A DNA stretch of 64,000 bases from Erysipelotrichaceae bacterium (lineage in GTDB: Bacteria; Bacillota_I; Bacilli_A; Erysipelotrichales; Erysipelotrichaceae), in assembly GCA_034180345.1 (NCBI GenBank), contig JAXFOQ010000040.1:6265-70264 (forward strand), in the 5' to 3' direction. A model generated the notes under the pieces. The model was not told where the DNA came from. It saw only the letters and a list, made by a program, of their open reading frames with translations, and searched no databases. Positions 17,874-25,319 of this stretch are shown one piece after another. A program made the translations under genes and the position numbers. The first letter of the stretch is position 1, and the number at the start of each line of letters is the position of its first letter.

Positions 17874-20800
17874 ACAAAATCGAAAAAATTTTAGGAGATA
17901 AATCACTCGGTATTACCAGAAAAAAAGAAAGTTTGATTAAAGAAATCAAAATTGATTCAAATGATAAAACTGCTAAAGAGATAATTAAAGCTATCTGTAA
18001 TTTATTAAGTGGTGGTAAAGAATCAATCAAAAAAATATTTTCTGATGTGGAAAATGAAGATGTTGCTAAAATTCAATTTTCTTCTGCCAATTATGATGAG
18101 GATAAAGATAAACTTGAGGCTGTTTTAAATGAAAAAATACTTTTAATTGAACAATTAAAAGCCCTATATGATTGGTCGGTGCTGGAAGAAATGCTAAAAT
18201 TTGCCGATGCAGATAAAGATGGGATAAAACGCATTTCATCGGCGAAAGTAAATATTTATAATCAACATAAAGATGATTTGAAAAAATTAAAAAAGGTTAT
18301 TAAAAATCATTATACTGCAAAAGATTACAATGATATTTTCCGTTCTAAAAATATCGAAAATAACTATGTTTTATATAGTGGCAAACCAATTATAAATTCT
18401 AAAAATAAGGTTATTACAAATTGTACTCAAGCGGAATTTTGTGATTTTTTAAAAAAGAATTATTTTAATAAAGATTTTGATGATGACTTATATAAAGAGG
18501 TCAAAGAAAAAGTTGTCAATGGAATTTTACTTCCCAAGCAAGTTAATTCTGGCAATGGAGTTATTCCATATCAACTAAAAAAGGCCGACTTAATTAAAAT
18601 GCTAGATAATGCAGAAAAATATTTTGAATTTTTAAAGGTTAGTGATAACTATGGAAGTGTAAAAGATAAAATAATTAAATTAATGGAATTCCGTATTCCA
18701 TATTATATCGGACCGATAAATCCTTATCATAAAGACGGGATTCACTGTTGGGTTGAAAGAAAAATTGAGCATGAAAAAGTAATGCCTTGGAATTTTAACG
18801 ATGTTATCGATGTGGAAACTACCAGGGAAAAATTTATTACTACTAGAACCAATAAATGTACTTATCTTTTGGGGGAAGATGTATTACCGAAAGAATCACT
18901 TTTATATTCTGAATTTATGATTTTAAATGAATTGAATAATTTACGCTTTAGCGGTAAAACATTAGATGAAATTAATTCAGGATTAAAATCAGAAATATTT
19001 AATCATTTATATAAAAAGGAAAGAAAAGTAACAATCAATAAAATTAAAGAATTGATGAAATGCAAGGGGATTAATACTGAAGATTTAGTTGTTTCAGGTG
19101 TAAATGGTGATTTAAAAGCTAATTATAAGTCGTATTTAGATTTTAATTTTATATTAGGTAATGAAATTGAAAAAGAGAATACTAAAAATATGATAGAAGA
19201 TATCATTAAATATATTGTTATTTTTGGTGCAGAAAAACAAGTATTGAAAGAAATGCTAAAAAAGAAATTTGGAGATAATTTAACAAATGATCAAATTAAA
19301 AAAATAGTTAAATTAAATTACAAAGAATGGGGAAGATTATCTCGTAAATTATTAACGGGCATTGAAGGTATAGATAATAATACTGGCGAATATACCAGTA
19401 TTATTGGAATGATGCGTAGTACTAATAATATTTTTATGGAATTATTATCAAAGGATAAATATACCTTTTTAGCTGAAATTGAAAAAAATAACAATCCAAA
19501 AAATATTGATAAGTTAAAATATGAAGTTTTAGATGATTTATATGTTTCTCCTGCTGTAAAAAGATCTTTATGGCAAACACTTAAAATCACAAACGAAGTG
19601 GTTAAAATTATGAAACACTCTCCTAAAAAGGTTTTTATAGAGATGACAAGAGAACATTCTGATAATCATAATCAAAAAGATTCTCGAAAAGAATTTTTAA
19701 AGAAAATATATAGTAAATTAGAAGATGAGTACAAGGATGTCGGACAATGTTGCGATAAAATCGAAGATCGAAGATTTAGAAGTGATAGAATATTTTTATA
19801 TTTTACACAACTAGGAAGATGTGCATATTCAAATAGAACTATAGATTTTGAAGATATTTTCAATGAAAATATTTACGACATTGATCATATTTATCCTAAG
19901 TCAAAATTTTATGATGACGGAATTGATAATAAAGTTTTAGTTTTGAAAGAATATAATGCTAAAAAAGATAATAAATACCCACTTGTTGATGAATTATCTC
20001 ATTTCCGTCAAGAAAGATTATGGAAGATTTTGCGCCAAAAAGAACTTATTTCAGAAAAGAAATATCAACGCTTAATGCGTAAAGAACCTTTTAGCGATAA
20101 GGAGTTAAGTGAATTTATTGCTAGGCAGCTTGTAGAAACTAGTCAATCAGCTAAAGCTTCTGCTGAAATATTGAAAAATTATTTAACAAAGAATAATGAA
20201 GAAACTGAAATTGTTTATGTAAAAGCTGGCAATGTTTCGCGTTTTAGACAATATTTTGATTTGATCAAATGTCGTGATATTAACGATTTTCACCACGCAC
20301 ATGATGCCTATTTAAATATTGTGGTAGGCAATGTTTATAACACTAAATTTACAAAAAGCCCACAAAATTTTATTAAGGAAAGCTCGAAAAATAGAAATTA
20401 TAATATTGATATTAAAGCGAACTTTATTCATGATATTAAAAGAGGCGATGTTGTTGCTTGGAAAGAAAATGAGTCGATTAAAATCGTTAAGAAGCAAATG
20501 CTTAACAATAATATTCAAACATCATATCAAAGTCAGATTAAAATCGGACAATTTTATGATCAAAATATAGTTGGGAAAGATTCCGCAAAATGCCCTATTA
20601 AAGGTAAAGGGGTTATTAGTGATTTATCTAAATATGGTGGTTATAGCGGGATTCGTTCTTCTTATTTTTCATTGATTGAATATAAACAAAAAAATAAAAA
20701 TATTAGAAGAATTGAAAGTGTACCATCTTATATTGCTTCAAGAATTGAAAAAGATTATAAATTATTGGAATTATATTTTAAAGAATTGTTATCTACAACT

Positions 20801-21361
20801 GAAGTTAAAATTTTGATTGATAAAATTAAAATTGGTACAGAATTAATTTATGGGGGATTTAAATATAAAATTAATGGTAATGATAAACAAAATTTGATTA
20901 TTTGCCCTGTAATTCAATTGATATTAGAAAAGAATCAATATAATTATTATAAAAAGATTAGCTCATTTTTAAATAAGATGTCTTCAAATAAAAATATTGA
21001 AGTAGATGAAATTAAAGACAAAATTTCTGTAAAAGAAAATGTCGACTTTTATCAGACTTTAATTAATAAAATTGATAATTCAATTTTTAGTAATAGGGTT
21101 AATAATCAAAATAAAGATATAAAAAATGGTTTTGAAATATTTAAAAATCTTTCTATTAAAGATCAAATTTTGGCATTGAGTGAATTATTAAAAATCTTTA
21201 AGGCTAAACCAATAAATCCAAATTTTTCATTGATAAATGGTTCTAAAAGTATTGCTGTACCAAGAATTTCAAAAAATTTGAACTGCAAAAATACTTATAA
21301 ATTGGTTTATAAATCGGTTACTGGTTTGTTTGAGGAGGTAATAGATTTAAATAAAATATGA
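17846..21361 (+). CDS. cas9: Cas9, remainder (REC, RuvC-II, HNH, RuvC-III, PI) in the -1 frame relative to the N-terminal fragment
   Basis: This frame is open from 17846 (TGA at 17843-17845). IPYYIGP; HNH motif DIDHIYPKS..DN-KVL; RuvC-III DINDFHHAHDAYLN. The stop overlaps the cas1 ATG. The track starts it at TTG 17933, but there is no independent SD. Confidence 0.9.
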   Translation, partial: FGYSFDCDLDKIEKILGDKSLGITRKKESLIKEIKIDSNDKTAKEIIKAICNLLSGGKESIKKIFSDVENEDVAKIQFSSANYDEDKDKLEAVLNEKILLIEQLKALYDWSVLEEMLKFADADKDGIKRISSAKVNIYNQHKDDLKKLKKVIKNHYTAKDYNDIFRSKNIENNYVLYSGKPIINSKNKVITNCTQAEFCDFLKKNYFNKDFDDDLYKEVKEKVVNGILLPKQVNSGNGVIPYQLKKADLIKMLDNAEKYFEFLKVSDNYGSVKDKIIKLMEFRIPYYIGPINPYHKDGIHCWVERKIEHEKVMPWNFNDVIDVETTREKFITTRTNKCTYLLGEDVLPKESLLYSEFMILNELNNLRFSGKTLDEINSGLKSEIFNHLYKKERKVTINKIKELMKCKGINTEDLVVSGVNGDLKANYKSYLDFNFILGNEIEKENTKNMIEDIIKYIVIFGAEKQVLKEMLKKKFGDNLTNDQIKKIVKLNYKEWGRLSRKLLTGIEGIDNNTGEYTSIIGMMRSTNNIFMELLSKDKYTFLAEIEKNNNPKNIDKLKYEVLDDLYVSPAVKRSLWQTLKITNEVVKIMKHSPKKVFIEMTREHSDNHNQKDSRKEFLKKIYSKLEDEYKDVGQCCDKIEDRRFRSDRIFLYFTQLGRCAYSNRTIDFEDIFNENIYDIDHIYPKSKFYDDGIDNKVLVLKEYNAKKDNKYPLVDELSHFRQERLWKILRQKELISEKKYQRLMRKEPFSDKELSEFIARQLVETSQSAKASAEILKNYLTKNNEETEIVYVKAGNVSRFRQYFDLIKCRDINDFHHAHDAYLNIVVGNVYNTKFTKSPQNFIKESSKNRNYNIDIKANFIHDIKRGDVVAWKENESIKIVKKQMLNNNIQTSYQSQIKIGQFYDQNIVGKDSAKCPIKGKGVISDLSKYGGYSGIRSSYFSLIEYKQKNKNIRRIESVPSYIASRIEKDYKLLELYFKELLSTTEVKILIDKIKIGTELIYGGFKYKINGNDKQNLIICPVIQLILEKNQYNYYKKISSFLNKMSSNKNIEVDEIKDKISVKENVDFYQTLINKIDNSIFSNRVNNQNKDIKNGFEIFKNLSIKDQILALSELLKIFKAKPINPNFSLINGSKSIAVPRISKNLNCKNTYKLVYKSVTGLFEEVIDLNKI

Positions 21362-22233
21362 GTTGGAGAACGATTGTTATTAGTGAGTGTGCCAAAATTG
21401 ATTATAAAATGAATTATTTGGTAATTAGAAAAGACAATGAAGTAAATAGAGTTTTTATTAATGAAATTGCTATATTGATTATTGAAAGCACAGCTGTTTC
21501 AATGACTTCTTATTTAATGTCCGAACTAATTAAAAATAAAGTTAAAATAATTTTTTGTGATGAAAAAAGAAATCCTGAGTCAGAACTTATTTCTTATTAT
21601 GGCAGTCATGATACCAGCGAAAAAATTAGAAGACAGATGCGATGGAATAAAGAACTTAAATCATTGTTATGGTCTGTGATTGTTAGTGAAAAGATTAAGC
21701 AACAGATGTTATTTTTGAAAGAATTAAAAAATGATCGTTATAAACTTTTGGAACAATATACTTATGAAATTGAACAAGGAGATTCAACAAATAGAGAGGC
21801 TCATGCAGCTAAAGTATATTTTAATTCTCTTTATGGCAATGAGTTTAGCAGGGTGGATGATTGTAATATTAATGCAGCTTTAAACTATGGTTATTCTTTG
21901 CTTCTGTCTGCATTTAATCGCGAAATAAGTAAAAATGGTTATTTGACACAAATTGGTATATTTCACGATAATATGTTCAATCATTTTAATTTATCTTGTG
22001 ATTTTATGGAACCTTTTAGACCTATTATCGATCGTAAGGTTTATTCTATGAAACTTGAAAAGTTTGACTCAGAAGAAAAATTGGAGTTAATCGACTTAAT
22101 TAACTCTAAGGTAAATATTGATTCAAAAAATCATTATTTACTTAATGCTATTCAAATATATACAAAAAGTATTTTTGATGCTTTAGATGATAGTGATTTA
22201 TCGTTAATAAAAATGTATAAGTATGAGTTATAG
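21358..22233 (+). CDS. cas1: CRISPR integrase Cas1 (type II)
   Basis: 291 aa, with MSWRTIVIS.. N-terminus, NREAHAAKVYF and ALNYGYS motifs typical of type II-A Cas1. ATGA overlap with cas9. Confidence 0.92.
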   Translation: MSWRTIVISECAKIDYKMNYLVIRKDNEVNRVFINEIAILIIESTAVSMTSYLMSELIKNKVKIIFCDEKRNPESELISYYGSHDTSEKIRRQMRWNKELKSLLWSVIVSEKIKQQMLFLKELKNDRYKLLEQYTYEIEQGDSTNREAHAAKVYFNSLYGNEFSRVDDCNINAALNYGYSLLLSAFNREISKNGYLTQIGIFHDNMFNHFNLSCDFMEPFRPIIDRKVYSMKLEKFDSEEKLELIDLINSKVNIDSKNHYLLNAIQIYTKSIFDALDDSDLSLIKMYKYEL

Positions 22234-22543
22234 ATTTATGAGAGTATTGGTGTTTTTTGATTTGCCGACAACTACAGCCGATGAAAGAAGAGAGTACACG
22301 AAGTTTCGTAAATATTTAATTGTTAATGGTTTTATGATGCTTCAAGAATCGGTATATAGTAGGCTTGTTCTTAATTATTCTGTTTGCGAGGCTACAATTA
22401 TGGCTCTTAAAAATAACAGTCCAAATAGTGGCTTGGTTCAAGTGATTAGTATTACTGAAAAACAATACTCAAGAATGGAGTTTATTGTTGGTAAAGAAAA
22501 AAATGATGTTATAAATGATGATAGGAGATTAATAGTATTTTGA
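22223..22543 (+). CDS. cas2: Cas2 (type II)
   Basis: 106 aa; MRVLVFFDLPT..YTKFRKYL..GFMMLQESVY is the Cas2 ferredoxin-fold N-terminus. Overlaps the end of cas1. Confidence 0.9.
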   Translation: MSYRFMRVLVFFDLPTTTADERREYTKFRKYLIVNGFMMLQESVYSRLVLNYSVCEATIMALKNNSPNSGLVQVISITEKQYSRMEFIVGKEKNDVINDDRRLIVF

Positions 22544-23208
22544 ATTTAGTATTTTATGATTGGAATTTGAATATTTCATTTAAGGAAAATATTGTTAATG
22601 TTTTGGTAATTGAAAATAAAATTTGTTTTAGAAATATTATTGAAGAATTAATTGATAATATTGACGGAGTTAAGGAAAGTATTATTTTGTCAGAAAATGA
22701 TAAACAATTAAAAATTTCAAAATATGTAGAATTAATTGAATCTATCTTCTTTATTAATCTCAATAATACAAAATTTATTAAAAAAGTTATCGAAGAATTA
22801 AAAGATGATGCAGTTTCTGAAAACAATTTTTTAAAAACAAACGCATTATTATCGTTGGTTGATAAAAATATCGGAGATTTAATTGCTAATAGTCGTTTTA
22901 ATTTATCTTATGAACCTTGTTCAATAAATAATTTATTAAAAAATGCAGAAATTAGATTTGATTATACTTGTGAAACTATTGTTGAAAAAATTATGAATTA
23001 TTTAGAATTATGCAATAAAGTTTTAGGTATAAAAATATTTATTTTTATAAATATTAAAGATTTATTTACAGAAAAAGAATTTAAAGAGCTTTATAAATTC
23101 TGCAATTATATAAAAATAAATTTATTTTTAGTAGAAAATGAAGAAGGGCCACATTTAGATAGTGAAAAATATTATATTATAGATGAAAATTTGAATGAAA
23201 TATATTAG
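22540..23208 (+). CDS. csn2: Csn2 (type II-A signature protein)
   Basis: 222 aa in the canonical position between cas2 and the array. Acidic and Lys-rich, with overall Csn2-like sequence. TTG start overlaps the cas2 TGA. Confidence 0.8.
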   Translation: MNLVFYDWNLNISFKENIVNVLVIENKICFRNIIEELIDNIDGVKESIILSENDKQLKISKYVELIESIFFINLNNTKFIKKVIEELKDDAVSENNFLKTNALLSLVDKNIGDLIANSRFNLSYEPCSINNLLKNAEIRFDYTCETIVEKIMNYLELCNKVLGIKIFIFINIKDLFTEKEFKELYKFCNYIKINLFLVENEEGPHLDSEKYYIIDENLNEIY

Positions 23209-23272
23209 AATATGAGTATATATGATCCTTGTGTGTATCGTTTCACATTTTAACTACATACTATGATTTGAG
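23209..23272 (+). promoter_or_regulatory. CRISPR leader (64 nt) ending in ATTTGAG
   Basis: AT-rich spacer between the csn2 stop and repeat 1. The last 7 nt (23266-23272) are ATTTGAG, the leader-repeat junction motif described for streptococcal type II-A leaders. Confidence 0.7.
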
Positions 23273-23968
23273 GTTTGAGAGTTGTGTAGTTTATTAGGGA
23301 TCAAAAACTAATACCTCCTGACAGTATAAGTAAAGATAGTTTGAGAGTTGTGTAGTTTATTAGGGATCAAAAACAAAAATAAATGCACTATGACGCTAAC
23401 CTTTGTTTGAGAGTTGTGTAGTTTATTAGGGATCAAAAACATAACCACTTTGATAGTAAGGCTCTTGATAGTTTGAGAGTTGTGTAGTTTATTAGGGATC
23501 AAAAACACAAAATAATTGAATTTGTCTTTATTATTTGTTTGAGAGTTGTGTAGTTTATTAGGGATCAAAAACTAATGCACAGCTCCACGCTTTTGATACT
23601 CAGTTTGAGAGTTGTGTAGTTTATTAGGGATCAAAAACCAGATAAGAATTATAAAGTAGATGACCGCAGTTTGAGAGTTGTGTAGTTTATTAGGGATCAA
23701 AAACTTTGAATCCGCAGTTAAATCATCTTCCCACGTTTGAGAGTTGTGTAGTTTATTAGGGATCAAAAACCCATTTACTAATGGTCGGAGTGGCTCTACT
23801 GTTTGAGAGTTGTGTAGTTTATTAGGGATCAAAAACCCAGCTTATGACGCACTATATATCGAATTAGTTTGAGAGTTGTGTAGTTTATTAGTGATCAAAA
23901 ACGTATTAAACAAAAGATTTTTGATAGCTTTTGTTTGAGAGTTGTGGGTTTGTGATCTGATAGGGATA
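23273..23968 (+). CRISPR. type II-A CRISPR array: 11 x 36-nt repeats (last degenerate), 10 x 30-nt spacers
   Basis: The repeat GTTTGAGAGTTGTGTAGTTTATTAGGGATCAAAAAC occurs at 23273 and then every 66 nt, with exact periodicity. Repeat 10 carries G>T at 23892. Repeat 11 (23933-23968) keeps only the first 14 nt. Confidence 0.98.
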
Positions 23969-24080
23969 CTTATAAGTTTTTTAATTTTTCAAAGGTTTTA
24001 TAATGAATGAAATTACATTTATGATACAACATAGTCTATGAAGTAAGATATTTGGAAATTTAAATAAAGAGGATAAAGAA

Positions 24081-25124
24081 ATGGATAAAAAAGATGAAAT
24101 GATGATTGTAAATCATGAATCCCTTGTAAAAAAGATTTATATTATTAGGGGACAAAAGGTGATGCTTGACTTTGAATTAGCCGAAATCTATGGATATGAA
24201 ACAAAGGCTTTTAATCAGCAAGTAAAAAGGAATATTGAAAAATTTGATGAAGACTTTATGTTCCGATTAACCGACGAAGAAGTATCTGAACTTTCAAGGT
24301 CACAAAATGTGACCTTGAACAAGAGTGCAGGAAGAGGTAGTAATATTAAGTACAATCCTCATGCCTTTACCGAGCAGGGAATCTATATGCTGATGACAGT
24401 TCTCAAAGGAGAGCTTGCGGTCAAGCAGAGTAAAGCTCTGATTCGTACCTTTAAGAAGATGAAAGACTATATCGTAGAAAATCAAGGGTTGATTGGGAAA
24501 AGAGAGTTTTTGCAGCTTTCGATGCAGATTACAAGCAATGTCGTGGAAATGCAGGATTTAAGACGAGATTTAAGAGATGTGGAAGATCAGGTGGCGGAAG
24601 TGATGGACACCTTAAATAATGTGGTGCATAAATCCGAACTGTCTGATTTGATCCTTGATCTCAGCAATCCGCAACTCAAATACGGATTTTTACTCTTGAA
24701 CGGACAACCGATTGAAGCAAATCTTGCTTATAAGGACATTTACAGCATAGCGAAAAAGAGTATCTATATCGTCGATAACTACATCGGAGTGAAAACTTTG
24801 GTCTTGCTAAAAGATGTCCCTTCATCGGTAGAGGTCATTATATTCAGCGATAACATCGGCAAAGGACTTCATACCCTTGAATATCAGGACTTCTGTCAAG
24901 AATATCCGTTTAGAAAGATAAGATTCCAAAAATCCGGTGGAGAGTTTCATGACAGATACATTTTTATCGACTGGAATACCGAACATCAACGAATCTATCA
25001 TTGTGGAGCGTCCTCCAAAGATGCAGGACAAAGAATCACAAGCATAACAGAAGTGGTCGATCAGATGATTTATACCGACCTTATCAATAATCTCTTGAAA
25101 AATCCGGTGTTGCAGTTAAAATAG
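24081..25124 (+). CDS. ORF6N/KilA-N-like DNA-binding domain protein with C-terminal PLD-like (HxR..D..GxS) domain
   Basis: The N-terminus IYIIRGQKVMLDFELAEIYGYETKAFNQQVKRNIEKFDEDFMFRL..HAFTEQGIYMLMTVLKG is the ORF6N signature. A helical linker follows. The C-terminus SIYIVDNYIG..FHDRYIFID..HCGASSKD resembles an HKD-type motif. A good AGAGGA SD is present. Confidence 0.7.
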   Translation: MDKKDEMMIVNHESLVKKIYIIRGQKVMLDFELAEIYGYETKAFNQQVKRNIEKFDEDFMFRLTDEEVSELSRSQNVTLNKSAGRGSNIKYNPHAFTEQGIYMLMTVLKGELAVKQSKALIRTFKKMKDYIVENQGLIGKREFLQLSMQITSNVVEMQDLRRDLRDVEDQVAEVMDTLNNVVHKSELSDLILDLSNPQLKYGFLLLNGQPIEANLAYKDIYSIAKKSIYIVDNYIGVKTLVLLKDVPSSVEVIIFSDNIGKGLHTLEYQDFCQEYPFRKIRFQKSGGEFHDRYIFIDWNTEHQRIYHCGASSKDAGQRITSITEVVDQMIYTDLINNLLKNPVLQLK

Positions 25125-25287
25125 AAGTGGAAAATGGGTTGAAAATTTTAAAAAATATGTATCCAATCCTTGACACAAGGGTGGAAAATAAAATAGTAAA
25201 TATTTTTAAGAAGGCTTATTTAGTATCGTAAAAGTGCATTTTTTATCGAGCAATTAATTTTGGCATCTAAATTTATTTTTATTAAAG

Positions 25288-25296
25288 TGATACAAT
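25288..25296 (+). promoter_or_regulatory. extended -10 promoter element for the helicase-nuclease gene
   Basis: TGATACAAT (TG-N-TACAAT) lies 24 nt upstream of the ATG at 25320. A GGGG SD-like run is at 25311-25314. Confidence 0.4.
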
Positions 25297-25319
25297 ATAT
25301 ATGGAAATATGGGGTAGAT

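Noticed and set aside
23308-23832. Two 86-aa minus-strand ORFs (23308..23568 and 23572..23832) with the recurring peptide LIPNKLHNSQT
   Set aside because: They are translations of the CRISPR repeats on the opposite strand. The internal peptide repeat has the 66-nt (22-codon) period of the array, so these are not genes.
23375-23866. Spacers 2 and 9 share short strings (TATGACGC and GCACTAT), hinting at a common or repetitive target
   Set aside because: The shared strings are only 7-8 nt and in different order. By rough estimate, one shared 8-mer among ten 30-nt spacers is about what chance would give.
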